Positions 1 through 13,128 of a DNA stretch of 64,000 nucleotides are shown here, in pieces. Position 1 is the stretch's first letter; each line of letters opens with the position of its first letter. The stretch comes from Octopus sinensis (lineage: Eukaryota): contig NC_042999.1 of NCBI RefSeq assembly GCF_006345805.1, positions 67,518,001 to 67,582,000 of the forward strand, in the 5' to 3' direction. The position numbers and the translations under genes were made by a program. The notes beneath the pieces are model-generated. The model made no database searches and was not told where the DNA came from. It worked only from the letters and a program-made list of their open reading frames with translations.

Positions 1-348
1 GTTTTTTAATTAAATGGCGCCTGTAGCAAGAGAAAGTCATTAAAAAAAATGCTTTTACACACAAAAATGTTGAACACTGCTGCTTTAAGAAGCTGGAACT
101 ACCAACTACATACTGCAGCATTTGAACCTACCCAAGGACACACCACAGTAATTCCCATCTAACCTATACCAGCAAAAACAAAATAACTTTTAAATAAATT
201 AACGATCCTAACTTAAAACTATATGCCGGCCATTATCGTGCGATGCTAATCAAGGGAGGTAACTCTGATTGACTTTGTGTGACTGCCTGATAGAGTTTCC
301 TTCTAAACGTTAATATTTGAACGAAAAATTGCATCTTATATTCCATCA

Positions 349-630
<282 letters not shown>

Positions 631-974
631 CTAGAACAATAACAAATATAGAAGTATGGATAAATTATTCAGAACTAAATAAATTCAAAAATATATCATC
701 ATTATCATTTTAAGGCTCACTACTTCATGTTTGCATGGGTTGGACTGAGTTTATTGAGGCAGGTTTTCTATATAGCTGGATGCCCTTCTTGCCATCAACC
801 CTCACTCGTTTCGAAGCAAGGTAATATTTCTTCAAGGCCAGACAAGTTTAAGAAGAATATTAGAAATGAATGACACTGCTTGTACGACAGTGATGCTCAT
901 TTACAACAAACAGGCAATATTAACGCAAGGAGACACAAACACAAACAAATGCAACATATATGCACATAGGTGGA

Positions 975-1376
975 GGAGTGGCTGCGTGGTAAGTAGCTTG
1001 CTTACCAATCACATGGTCTCGCATTCAGTCCCACTGCGTGGCACCTTGGGCAAGTATCTTCTACAATAGCCTCAGGCCAACCAAAGCCTTTTAAGTGGAT
1101 TTGGAAGATGGAAACTGAAAGAAGCCCGTCGTATATATGTATATATATGTATGTGTATATATGTTTGCATGTCCGTGTTTGTCCCCACAACATCACTTGA
1201 CAACCGATGCTGGTGTGTTTATGTCCCCGTAACTTAGTGGTTCAGCAAAACCGACTGATAGAATAAGTACTAGGCTAACAAAGAATAAGTCCTGGGTCGA
1301 TTTGCTCAACTAAAGGCGGTGCTCCAGCATGGCAGCAGTCAAATGACTGAAACAAGTAAATGAATAAAAGAAAAGA
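975..1376 (+). mobile_element. tRNA-derived SINE family A, full length
   Basis: A-box tggctgcgtggtaag, B-box-like cattcagtccc, central (TA/TG)n and 3' gtcaaatgactgaaacaagtaaa + (aaaga)n. Confidence 0.9.
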
Positions 1377-1549
1377 ATACACATATACATGTAATGGGCT
1401 TCTTTCAGTTTCCATCAAGTAAATCCACTCACAAGGCTTTGGTCAACTTGGGACAATATTAGAAGCCACTCACCCAAGGTACCACGCACCTATTACATTA
1501 ACAGAAAAAAAGGAGAATCACCAATCAATTAGTTCCAGTTTTTACTTAC

Positions 1550-1634
1550 TTAATTTTCCCTTGCAGCTCTGTTTGAATGACAAACGGGGAAGGCCCCACA
1601 GTTTCTTCTGCTGATTCACTTTCACTTCCTTCTT
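1550..1634 (-). CDS. NKAP: NKAP coding exon 7
   Basis: tttcag|...aa|gtaagt, 85 nt, phase 1 to 2. EGSESESAEETVGPSPFVIQTELQGKI(N) matches the 'D-x-I-G-P' region preceding NYG in NKAP. Confidence 0.9.
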
Positions 1635-1743
1635 CTGAAAGATAAAAATGACAAAGAATAAATGAAATTTCCTCCTTTTAGTAAGCAATGACATGTAAAA
1701 CATTTTACTTATCCTGCTCCTGTAGGTATCTTTTAGAATAAGA

Positions 1744-2160
1744 TGGGGAGCTGGCAGAAACGTTAGCACGCTGGGCGAAATGCCGAGCAGTATTTCGTCT
1801 GCCGCTACGTTCTGAGTTCAAATTCCACTGAGGTCGACTTTGCCTTTCATTCTTTTGGAGTCGATTAAATAAGTACCAGTTACACACTGGGGTCGATATA
1901 ATCAACTTAATCCGTTTGTCTGTCCTTGTTTGTCCTCTCCGTGTTTAGCCCCTTGTGGGTAGTAAAGAAATAGGTATTTCGTCTGCTGCTACGTTCTGAG
2001 TCCAAATTCTGTCAAGGTTGACTTTGCCTTTCAGCCTTTCGGGGTTGATAAATTAAGTACCAGTTACGCACTGGGGTCGATGTAATCGACTTAATCCCTT
2101 TGTCTGTCCTTGTTTGTCCCCTCTATGTTTAGCCCCTTGTGGGCAATAAGGAAATAAGAA
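1744..2160 (+). mobile_element. tRNA-derived SINE family B, dimeric form
   Basis: gagctggcagaaacgttag...gagttcaaattcc head. A second unit restarts at ggtatttcgtctg after gtagtaaagaaata. Confidence 0.9.
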
Positions 2161-4312
2161 TAACCTACTCTATTACAAGCATTTGGGACCAGCTCCCTAC
2201 CCTGAGGACAACCAACTGGATATGTTCGTGCACTGCTTCTTATTGCAGCAGCCCATGATTTGTGGTCTCTCCCTCATCTCAGAGGTATTACAAGAAAAAG
2301 CCACAGAAGAACAGCCAAGTCTTCACTACACCACACCACATACAACAGTCTCAGATAATCTTTTCTACTTTGGGCATAAGGCCTGAAATTTTGTGGGAGG
2401 GGGCCAGTCGATTAGATCGACTCCAGTACACAACTGGTATTTAATTTATCAACCCCGAAAATGATGAAAGGCAAAGTCGACTGCAGAGGAATTTGAACTG
2501 AGAACGTAGCAGCAGATGAAATACCACTAAAAACATTTCTACCGGCTTGCTGCCTTACAACAGTCTTAGATAATGCTAGATACATTAGACAATGTGGTCT
2601 GTGACAGACAAAAAGGCAGGGTGGTCACAACTGGAATGCTTTTAGTCATACCTGCCTGCTCCACACCTGTGAGCTCTATTAACCTACCCCACTTCACCCT
2701 AAAACTTCCACACTACAGATAATCCTCCCTTCCCTTTGGAACTTTCTTTCATTTATCAACCAGGACATTTGATAGTATACACCGAGATGAACTATGTCTG
2801 AAAAGAAGATGGAATGGTCATGGTTGGAACACTTTCCATAATAAATTTGGTGAACCAAGGCTAATCTGAACAGTAGGAACTAATATTTTGGCCCCTGACA
2901 CACGGGCCTTTGTCTGTTAGGGTTGATACTGTATCTGTACATGGGTCTTCTTTTATCTTCTTTCTTATGTCTCAGTCATTGGAGAGCAGCCAAGCTGAGG
3001 CGCCACCTGGAAGAGATTTAATTAAATAAATTGATCCCAGTAATTAATTTTCTAAGTCTGGTATTTATTCTATTGGTCTTTTGCTGAACCTCTAAATTAC
3101 GAGGACATAAACAAACCAACACTGGTTGGTGGGGTGGACACACACACACACATACATATGTATGCACATATATGCATATATACAGACATGCATATGTATG
3201 TTGTTTTGTTGTTGTTTGTTCCTTCTCGAGCCAAGCCTGGCTCATAAGGGCCAGTTTCCCTGGTTTCCTTGGTGTATAGGTTCCCCACCTGGTATTTTTC
3301 TTATTGACTACAGATAAAATGAAAAGTTGACCATAAGATTTGAACTCAGAACACAGAGTCAGAACAAATGGTGCAAGGTATCTTATGTAACACTTTGATG
3401 ACTGCTAGTTCCCTTATCTTTTGATTGTCTAGGTATGAATAGATGCTCCTGTTTTTTTTTTTTCTCTCTTTTCTACATATTTTAGTCAGAGAAGGAAGAG
3501 CAGTGCCCATGGCCCTTTCTAGGGTATTTTGTGACTGCTAAAACAAAGAGAGGAAGTATCCTCAGACAGGAACCCTTGCAACACACTGGACTCCATTAAA
3601 GACATCCAAGGGCCATGGGGTGGTGTTAAATGAAGCAATGGTTTAACTCTGCCATCCAAGAAGAGAACAGTCTCCCTGATTGGGCTTCCATACAATTTCT
3701 GCCTACCAAATTTCATTTATATTTCTAGGCTATGGTAGAAGACACTTGCCCAACAATGTCATACATAGGAATTGAACTGAAAACCATGGAATTAGAAAGT
3801 GAACTTCTAAACACACAGCTATTAGCTTCACACAGTTTGGTACAAGGGCAAAATTTTGGGCAAGGTGATAAGCTATTTGCATCAACCCCAGTGTTCAACT
3901 GGTACTTATTTCATCAACCCCAAAAGGATGAACAGCAAAGTCGCCCCCAGTGGCATTTGAACTCAGAACGTAAAGTTGGACGAAATGCTGCTAAGCACTT
4001 TTCCCAGCGCAGTAACAATTATGCTAGCTCACTACCTTATGTTTGTATTGATACTGACTTCAAATTTTGGCACAAGGCCAGCAATTTTGGGGTTGGAGTT
4101 AAGTCGATTACATTGACTCCAGTGCTCAGCCGGGTGCTTATTTTATCAAAATGCTGCTAAGCATTATTACCAGGGTGGATTCTGTCTTTATTGCTTGCAT
4201 TGATATTGACATTAAAATGCAATGCAAACAGACAAGTGAAAAGACCAACAAATAAAGAAATTGATAAAGGAAAAATAAATTTAAGGAAGACAATTCCTCT
4301 GTTTTTACTTAC

Positions 4313-4410
4313 TTCCCTTCTCCACCCACACACCTTCTTCATCACCATCGCCATCATCATCATCATCGTCATCATCAGGAAGCTCATCTTTCTTACTTTT
4401 CTTTTTTTTT
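4313..4410 (-). CDS. NKAP: NKAP coding exon 6
   Basis: aacttag|...a|gtaagt, 98 nt, phase 2 to 1. KKKKSKKDELPDDDDDDDDGDGDEEGVWVEKG contains the W-x-E-K motif of NKAP. Confidence 0.9.
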
Positions 4411-4671
4411 CTAAGTTAAATAAAACATTTATGATTTAATTATAAAAACATATAACAATGGAGAAGAGAGGAATCCTCCTGGCCAAGAGAGACAAGCACT
4501 ATCACAAAACGGACTTCCAGTCTCTGCCTACCAAATCTACTCACAAGGCTTCAGTTGGCCCAGGGCTATAGTAGAAGATGCTTGCCCAAGGTGCCATGCA
4601 GTTGAAGGGAGCAAAAAAACAGATCCAACAAGGCTTCAACTGAAACAATGGGAAAGCTTCTATATAGGTGC

Positions 4672-5048
4672 AAGAGTGGCTGTGTGGTAAGTAGCTTGCT
4701 TGCCAACTACATGTTTCCAGGTTCAGTCCCACTGCATCGCACCTTGGGTAAGTGTCTTCTACTATAGCCTCAGGCCGACCAAAACCTTGTGAGTGGATTT
4801 GGTAGACGGAAACTGAAAGAAGCCCATCATATATATGTATATATGTATGTGTGTGTGTGTATATGTTTGTGTGTCTCCCCCAACATCGCTTGACAACCGA
4901 TGCTGGTGTGCCCGTAACATAGCGGTTTGGCAAAAGAGACCGATAGAATAAGTACTAGGCTTACAAAAAACAAGTCCTGGGGTCGATTTGCTCGACTAAA
5001 GGTGGTGCTCCAGCATGGCCAAAGTCAAATGACTGAAACAAGCAAAAG
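4672..5048 (+). mobile_element. SINE family A
   Basis: Same head, body and tail as 975-1376. Confidence 0.9.
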
Positions 5049-5315
5049 GGTATGGTTATTCAACCCTTTATTTTTTTATTTGTTATGCTCCGATCTAACC
5101 GAAGCGGCTGTGCCAATGGCCCTAGCAGATCACCTTCTCCAACACCAACAAGACTAATGCATTTCTTTTATTTTTTTATCTTTACCCTTCACTGTCACAC
5201 TCCATACCTTGTACTGTCACTCTAAGTATACCAGTTATACTATACACACCCTACCCTGCTAAGCTACTCCACACTATCACAAGGGCTAAGCTGTCAAACC
5301 ACATACCTTACACTA

Positions 5316-5598
5316 TCATCATCATCATCGTTTAACATCCGCTTTCCATGCTAGCATGTGTTGGACGATTTGACTGAGGTCTGGCGAGCCAGATGGCTGC
5401 ACCAGACTCCAATTTGATCTGGCAGAGTTTCTACGGCTGGATGCCCTTCCTAATGCCAACCACTCCGAGTGTGTAGTGGGTGCTTTTACGTGCCAGTCAG
5501 GCGGTACTGGTAGCAGCCACGCTCAAATGATGCTTTTTATGTGCCACCTGCACAGGAGCCAGTCCAGTAGCACTGACAACAACCTCGCTCAAATGTTT
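5316..5598 (-). mobile_element. RTE 3'UTR/tail copy
   Basis: (cat)n-gtttaacatccgctttccatgctagcatg...gctggatgcccttcctaatgccaaccactcc, same as 43806-43975. Confidence 0.85.
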
Positions 5599-5599
5599 T

Positions 5600-6125
5600 T
5601 TCACGTGCCACCAGCACAAGTGCCAGTAAGGCAACGTAGGTATCATACTACATACTCCTCACTGTTATACTATACACACCCGACACTATCACACTGTACC
5701 TTGCAATCATACTACACACCCCACACTCTTACACTACATACCAGTGTCATATGACGTATCTCATATCATTACACTGTACCCCACACGACCACACTATATT
5801 CACCCACACTGTTACACAAAATATCCCATACTCAACATCATTACATCATACTGCATACTCTCATACTACATACATCACATTGCCACACTGTATCCAACAC
5901 AACCACACTACATACCCCATACTATCACACTGTACCCCACAACATAGTGACACTACATCTCCACATAGTCACCCTACATACTTCCCACAGCCATACTGTA
6001 CCTCATACTATTAAACTGAACCCCACCCTGTCAGATTGTGCCCTTTACTATTATTCTGTACCCCACTACATACTGTCACATGGTACCTTCTTCTGTCACA
6101 CAATATAAACCCCCCATACTGTAGC
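5600..6125. repeat. Degenerate G-poor minisatellite (cacactgtacccca-like; also 5190-5315)
   Basis: Repeated cacactgtacc/catacta motifs with almost no G on the plus strand. Confidence 0.75.
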
Positions 6126-6158
6126 ACTAGTTTATTCATCAGAAAATTTCCTGCTTAC

Positions 6159-6261
6159 TTTTTACTTTTGTGAGACTTTTTCTTATCTTCTTTCTTCTTC
6201 TTTTTCTTCTTCTTCTCCTTTTTCTTCTCCTTGTCCTTCTTCTTTCCTTTCTTCTTGTTCT
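6159..6261 (-). CDS. NKAP: NKAP coding exon 5 (poly-Lys)
   Basis: ttcctgtag|...aa|gtaagc, 103 nt, phase 1 to 2. NKKKGKKKDKEKKKEKKKKKKKKEDKKKSHKSK. Confidence 0.9.
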
Positions 6262-7432
6262 CTACAGGAAAAAACATTAATTTCTATAACAAACACAATA
6301 CCAGTATATATGGGCAGGGAAGAGAAAGGTATCAGGGCAGCGTTTCAGGTGCATGAGAGATAGTCTGACAAACTGCAAAAAAAAAAAAAATTCAAAGAAC
6401 CAAATGGGGCCTTGTGACAGAAAGATACTACTGCTGGTGGGCATGAAAAAAGACCCCACTACACTCTGTAAAGTGGTTGGCATTAGGAAGGGCATCCAGC
6501 CATAGAAAGCATGACAAAGCCGACACTGGAGCTTGATGTAGTTCTGTGGCTTGCTGGATGCTGTCAAATCATCCAACCCATGCCAGCATGGAAAACAGAT
6601 GTCAAATGATGATGAAGAAGAAGAAGAATAGAATTTTTAGAAAATTGTGTTCTGAATCCATCATCATCATTTAACGTTCATTTTCCCTGGTGGCAGGGGT
6701 TGGACAGTTTGACAGGAGCTGGCAGGCCAGAGGGCTACACCAGGTTCCGGTCATCTGTTTTGGCATGGCTTCTACAGCTGGGTACAAAGTGTCATGGGTG
6801 CTTTTCACACAGCACCAGCACTGTGTTTAATCCAGATATTCACTGTACCCTGTATAGTTTTTGTATTTTGAAAAAAGTGGTTTCTTGCTGCTTATGATCT
6901 TTTGTCATTCTTTTTTCCCTTTATGACCCCTAATATCAGCTTTCACTTCTTTCAATAGCTTCATCTTCAATAGACTTGTTTCCCTTGGGTCACCATTACT
7001 CACTGCTTTTTCTAACGATCAGCAGCCTTATGCATCACATCTGTACCATCATATTATGAGACATCTACAAAAACAGCACCCACTTCCATTCTGGTTTATG
7101 AAATGTCTACAAACCCAAAAGATGGCTCACAACACCCCTTCCATCCCAGATGTGGCATCTATAAACCTCAAATTGGAACATTTGCATAAAAAAGTAAAAC
7201 ATTAGCTGTTCTTTTAAAATGGCAAATTCATCAACTAACCTATCAATTAGAAAAAGATTAATTTCTTTAAAATGGATTATCTCGTTTACAACCTGCTTGT
7301 GTGCCTCCTATATGGCAAAATTTCCTACTGCAGATTTTCCGACAAAAATGTTTACAGTGAATTTTCTGGACATGGCCACTTCCATCCTGCAGTATTATGA
7401 GACACCTGCTGACCCCAAGATGGAACACAATA

Positions 7433-7655
7433 AGGTGGTGAGCTGGCAGAAACATTAGCACGCCAGGCGAAATGCATAGCAGTATCTTGTCTGCCGTTAC
7501 ATTCTGAGTTTAAATTCCACTGAGGTCAACTTTGCCTTTCATCCTTTCAGGAGTTGATAAATTAAGTACCAGTTACGCACTGGGGTCAATGTAATCGACT
7601 TAATCACTTTGTCTGTCCTTGTTTAGCCCCTTGTGGGCAATAAAGAAATAAGATG
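7433..7655 (+). mobile_element. SINE family B monomer (CpG-decayed)
   Basis: Family B with many CpG to TpG/CpA changes. Confidence 0.88.
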
Positions 7656-7728
7656 GAACACAGCATCACTTTCATCCAGCAATACTACAAGACATCACAT
7701 CTACAAATTCTTATGTGACTGTCTCAGT

Positions 7729-7903
7729 CATCATCATCATCATCATCATTTAGCGTCCGTTTTCCATGCTAGCATGGGTTGGACGGTTCAACTGGGGTCT
7801 GGGGAGCCCGAAGGCTGCACCAGGCCAGTCAGATCTGGCAGTGTTTCTACAGCTGGATGCCCTTCCTAATGCCAACCACTCCGAGAGTGTAGTGGGTGAT
7901 TTT
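7729..7903 (-). mobile_element. RTE 3'UTR/tail copy (same subfamily as the 43.8-kb LINE)
   Basis: Near-identical to 43806-43975, including the diagnostic ttcaactggggtctggggagcccgaa and gtgggtgattt. Confidence 0.9.
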
Positions 7904-7957
7904 AGTGGATATTCTAATGAGAAAAAAATAACATCTGAGAAAAAAAAAAGCTCTTAC

Positions 7958-8061
7958 TTTTTGTAGTTGAACTGCTATCGTCACTACTGCTACTACTGTC
8001 TTCAGAATCATTAACATTTCTTTTCATCTTGGAGGGTGAGCTATCATCACTGTCTTCAGAA
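7958..8061 (-). CDS. NKAP: NKAP coding exon 4 (Ser/Asp-rich)
   Basis: gttgacag|...a|gtaaga, 104 nt, phase 2 to 1. SEDSDDSSPSKMKRNVNDSEDSSSSSDDSSSTTK. Confidence 0.88.
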
Positions 8062-8414
8062 CTGTCAACAGAAATACATGAAACATTCTCATAAAACAAT
8101 GTCAAAATTTCCAGAAGATTAATAATAAAAAAAAAAAGGAAAAAAAATAAAATATTCATTTTTTTTTTTTACATCCATTTTCTGCACTGTTTGGGGTTAG
8201 ATGGGTAAATCTTGCAAATTTCAACAAATACAACTACTGAAGCAAATACTTTAGATATTATTATGTGGCAAAGTTTGTTTTAAAACCACATGGTTCTAGG
8301 TTCAATCCCATGACACAGCACATTATGCAAGTTTTTTTAATTACTTAATGTATTTAATGTTAAAAAAATTTAATTATAAATACATAAGTGGTGAGGAAAA
8401 GACAATGCAGGGAA

Positions 8415-9070
8415 AAACATCGCTGACATGGCCGATGACAGTACTGCCTGATTGGCACTCATGCCAGTGGAACATTAAAAGCACATCTGAGCGTGGGGTG
8501 CAACCAGCCCACTTATGAGTACCCCTCATTCATTGGACAATAAACTTTGCTTGCAAAGACCTATTGAGGCAAGTGAAATCAAATAAAAATCGCTGATGTG
8601 GCCGATGACAGTACCACCTGATTGGCACTCATGCCAGTGGAACGGTAGAAGCACATCTGAGCGTGATCGTTGCCAGGGCCATGGATTGGCTCCTGTGCCG
8701 GTGGCATGTAAAAAGCATCATTCATGCGTGATTGTTGTCAGCGCTGCCTTACTGGCACATGTGCCGGTGGCAAGTGAAAAACAACATTCAAGCGTAGTCG
8801 TTGCCAGTGCCGCCGGACTGGCTCCCATGCAGGTAGCATATAAAAATCACTTTTGAGGGTGGTCACTGCCAGAACCGCCTGACTGGCCCTCGTGCTGGTG
8901 GCACGTAAAAGCACCCACTACACTCTCAGAGTGGTTGGCATTAAGAAGGGCAACCGGCTGTAGAAACTCTGTCAGATCAGATTTGAGCCTGGTGCAACCT
9001 CCTGGCTCACCAGTCGTCAGTCAAATCGTCCAACCCATGCCAGCATGAAAAGCGGACGTTAAACGACGAC
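8415..9070 (+). mobile_element. RTE 3'UTR copy with about 6 minisatellite-like units
   Basis: Repeated gtgccggtggca...aaaagc units, an internal duplication (8415-8500 vs 8586-8668) and the tail ...aacccatgccagcatgaaaagcggacgttaaacgacgac. Confidence 0.85.
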
Positions 9071-9251
9071 TACACACACACACACACAATGGGCTTCTTT
9101 CAGCAGTTTCTGTCAACGATATCCACTCTTAACACTTTACAACACATTTTGTTGGATGGGGGGGGGGGGGCTACAATAGAAGTACAGAGTGGGACTGAAA
9201 TGGAAACCATATGGTTGAGAAGCCAACCTTTTTAACTACATATACTTGCTA

Positions 9252-9785
9252 GGATCTTTTCGCTTTGACCGGCAGATTTTTAAAATAATTTCTTTGTAAC
9301 TAAAAAATTTTAAGCTTCGTATACTGGTAGAATGTGTTTATAAAACATCTTTTTCTCTTGGCTTTCTTGAGAAAATTCTGTAGTTTGTAAGCTATTTGTT
9401 CTTTAATTTCTTGCATTTCGGCAATTTCAACCAATCAATGACGTCTATTGAGGTGAATTCAATTTCTGCCGTAATGTGTCAACAACAATTATTTGCGGTG
9501 TCATATCAGTTTGTCACTGTTATTTATGACATATTTCATATCAGTTACGTTCGTATGAATAAAAGATTATCGTTATTAAACTTTTATTAATAAACACATA
9601 TTCTAAGTTCACAACATATGCAGTTTTAATTTTCCTCTCTGTTGCACAGATACACATATTACATATTATATATTCGTTTAAGAAACAGATTGGGTTTGTT
9701 TACATTTCTGAAGAAAAAAAGATACCCTTCCCCCCACCCCTAACCCTAACCTAAACCCTAACCCTCGGTCAAAGCGAAAAGATCC
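9252..9785. mobile_element. Non-autonomous DNA transposon with 8-bp TSD (Merlin- or hAT-like)
   Basis: Perfect 20-bp TIR ggatcttttcgctttgaccg / cggtcaaagcgaaaagatcc. TSD acttgcta at 9244-9251 and 9786-9793. Subterminal (TAACCC)-like repeats. Confidence 0.9.
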
Positions 9786-10380
9786 ACTTGCTATGATCAT
9801 GTACAAGGTACGATATAAAATAAAATAAACAGAGTTATCTGCCCTGAGCAAGGGACGCAACCCAATGTCTTCGTGTCTACTCCCGGAAATATAGCACTGT
9901 ATAACATGAATAGAGGTAATCTACAGCCGTTCAATAAAACACGAAACAAAATAAGGTTTTGAGTGCAGTAAGAAGTAAATTCCAACATTTTGGCAAGAAA
10001 AATATTGTTTTCGAGGTTTTCTTCTCAGGTTAAAAATAATTAACGACAGAGGAATTTAATTCATTGCCCAGCTAAACAGTACGACTTGATCCTTTGAGTT
10101 TTCAATCTGTGGACTTCTTTCAGATTTGACTTCCACTCTGAGAATAAAAGTAATAACATGGAGATCCGCAACTTACTACAACAATCTATGAGTTATCATT
10201 TTTCCACCTTCCCTATGTAAGAAAATGTGATATCAGGAACCAAGACAAATTTGTTTTTTGTCAAAAATCGATGCAGGGCTGACCTGCTTGTAACATGAAT
10301 ATGCTTCTCATTGCAACACAAACTTCAAACCGAGTGAATATTTCATTGTTGAGGTCTTTGCCTCTAGTTATTGCATGCCT

Positions 10381-10797
10381 ATCATCATCATCGTTTAACG
10401 TCCGCTTTCCATGCTAGCATAGGTTGGACGGTTTGACTGTGGGCTGGAGAACCAGATGGCTGCACCAGGCTCCAGTCTTGATCTGGCAGAGTTTCTACAG
10501 CTGGATGCCCTTCCTAACGCCAACCACTCCGAGAGTGTAGTGGGTGCTTTTACGTGCCACTGGCACTGGGGCCAGTCAGGCGGTACTGGCAACGATCTCG
10601 CTCAAATTTTTTTTTTATACATACCAACGGCACAGGTGCCAGTAAGGCGATGCTGGTAACGATCCCGCTCGAATGGTGCCTCCTACATGCCACCGGCACG
10701 GAAGCCAGTTAGCCGCTCTGGCAACGATCACGCTCAGATGGTATTTTTAGCACCCTACTAGCACAGGGCACAAGTGCCAGTAAGGCGAAGCTGGTAA
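10381..10797 (-). mobile_element. RTE 3'UTR/tail copy
   Basis: (cat)n tail + core + 3 units. Confidence 0.85.
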
Positions 10798-11700
10798 AGA
10801 AGGATATCAACATGTTTAGTCTGCTTTGCATGATTGCAACCATGCCATCATCTCATTCACCAAAGTACAAGAGCCAAGTAAGTATGAACATGATTGCTTG
10901 ACATACTAGAAATAGCAACTGAATCACTCTCAAATCATACACTTTCAGTATTAAAAAAAAAAGGATATACTGATTAATGTGGTTCAAGGTACACTATATT
11001 TTAGGAAAGAAGGGATGGTTATGCCTCGAATAAATAATCATATATCTATGCCCATGTTCATCAGGGAAGCCCTTTTTTAAAAAAAAATTCTTCATTAAAC
11101 AGAATGATTTAATTCTAAGAGAGGATTTATAGGTTATGTTAGCAGTAGGTGACACTGGGATGGCATGTAAAAAGTATCCTTCGAACTTTGGGCCTCATGG
11201 TTACAATGACAAGTGACAGAGGCCTTTGGCAATATACTATGCTTAAGAAGATCTGTCAAGCCAAGTGAGAGCGTAGTTGTGGCCAATGCTGGTGTTTCGT
11301 AGGTGGCACCTGTACTGGTGGCACATAAAAAGCACTCACTACACTCTTGGAGTGATTGGTGTTAGGAAGGGCATCCAGCTGTAGAAACCATGCCAGATCA
11401 GATTGGGACCTGGTGCAGCTCACCAGCTTACTAGTTTTCAGTCAAACTGTCCAACCCATACCAGCATAGAAAACAGACATTAAATGACGATGATGGATGG
11501 AATGACTGGTCTGTGTTGTCTATGATGGATAGTATGACTGACCACAGCACTGTCTATGATACATGATATGACTGATCATAGCATTGTTTATGATCAATAG
11601 TATATGAAGGAAGGCTTTGTGAGTGAGAAGAATCAAGCGTTCCAACTGCACAAGTTTACCTTGTTAGGATGAAGACATAAAAGAAATATGAAATACTTAC

Positions 11701-11775
11701 TTATATTTAGGAGGAGTAGTTCCCCAAACTTCGGGAGCACCTAATTCTCCAATGCGTTCCCTTTCGTAACGGCGC
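11701..11775 (-). CDS. NKAP: NKAP coding exon 3
   Basis: tttctag|...aa|gtaagt, 75 nt. [24 protein letters not shown] matches human [22 protein letters not shown]. Confidence 0.95.
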
Positions 11776-12163
11776 CTAGAAACAGAAAGAAATTTTGTAG
11801 TTTAACAGCTTGTACAAGGAAGGACAAGGTGATGGTGTTAAACAAGTTCCAATTAATTCTTCCAAAGAAGAACAGCTACAGCCCAACAGACAAGATTTCA
11901 TATAATCTACGTCTACTTATTTCATGGACAAAGTATTAGGTCAACCTAGGACAACTGTAATAAAAGGTGTAGTGCAGTGAGAGTGAACTCAGAATCATGT
12001 AATTGTGAAGTTACACAGTATATAGGTGCAGGAGTGGTAAGTAGCTTACTTACCAGCCACAGGATTCTGGGTTCAGTCCCACTGCATGGTACCTTTTTAT
12101 TTTATTTTTTCTATATGAAAAGGGGAATCTTTCCCAAAATATTATCAGATTATTATAAAACCA

Positions 12164-12440
12164 GGAGTGGCTGTGTGATAAGTAGCTTGCTTATGAACCA
12201 CATGGTTCCGGGTTCAGTCCCACTGCATGGCACCTTGGGCAAGTGTCTTCTACTATAGCCTCAAGCCGACCAAAGCCTTGTGAGTGGATTTGGGTCCCCG
12301 TAACTTAGCGGTTTGTCAAAAGTGACCGATAGAATAAGTACGAGGTTTACAAAGAATAAGTCCTGGGGTCGATTTGCTCGACTAAAGGCAGTGCTCCAGC
12401 ATGGTCACAGTCAAATGACTGAAACAAGTAAAAGAGTAAA
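12164..12440 (+). mobile_element. SINE family A with internal deletion (plus a partial head at 12030-12095)
   Basis: Head joined directly to the 3' part at gatttg|ggtccccgtaac. Confidence 0.85.
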
Positions 12441-12499
12441 AGCATGTATCCATGTTGAAAAAGACATCATTTCTACAGTGTACATAGCCCCACCACTTC

Positions 12500-12900
12500 C
12501 TTCTAAAATTCATCTATAGGCTGATTGAGTTGTGTTTAAGAGAGGATTTGCAACTTTTCAGAAGGTGGTGGTGAGACCAAGTTTTGAACAGAAACCACAG
12601 ATGATGGTTTAGAGGAGAAAGAAGTGATTCACAGATGGCGAGTTGCTTTTGTTTTTAGATTTTGACATATTTCTTGAGTGTGGATGCTCACCTGGATAGG
12701 ATAGAGGCCAGTCAGCTATGTGTGTACAGTAGAGACCAACCAGCAATGTGGACAAGATAACTGGTAACCAGCTATGTGTATGGCATTGTGGTCAACTAGC
12801 CAAATAGATAAAGTAAAAAGACCCTGTAGACTGTCAAGAACGACTTCCTACTCCAAACAGCAGCGATTCTGTTGATAGGTCAAGTCCCCATAGTGGAAAC
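12500..12900 (-). mobile_element. Highly decayed CR1/L2-like LINE 3' relic
   Basis: Faint SFY..Y...C.../HPHS.../FF... pattern with many stops. Confidence 0.3.
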
Positions 12901-13047
12901 ACTGTCCAGGCATAGCTTTAACTCTCATCCTCAAAACAATGAAAACCAGGCATAACAATAACAGTGTGCATCACTCTACATCTGTCTGTAAATGGGTGTG
13001 ATAATTCATTACAACACTGGAAGCAAAATGTACACAATATTTTATAC

Positions 13048-13128
13048 CTTTCAAACATTTCTGGGGCTGGCCCTGGACGATTTCTCTGAGATGTTCCAGA
13101 ATCATTCTGCCAAGACCAAGAATTCCCA
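13048..13128 (-). CDS. NKAP: NKAP coding exon 2
   Basis: ttgtttacag|...ag|gtata, 81 nt, phase 2 to 2. GNSWSWQNDSGTSQRNRPGPAPEMFE(R) joins in frame to RRYERERIG. Confidence 0.8.

Noticed and set aside
1-20. Final NKAP exon after a good acceptor (ttctcttgctacag| at 21-22)
   Set aside because: It would read RRHLIKK instead of the invariant RHRRMEAVR, so it is likely cryptic and the true exon is left of the window.
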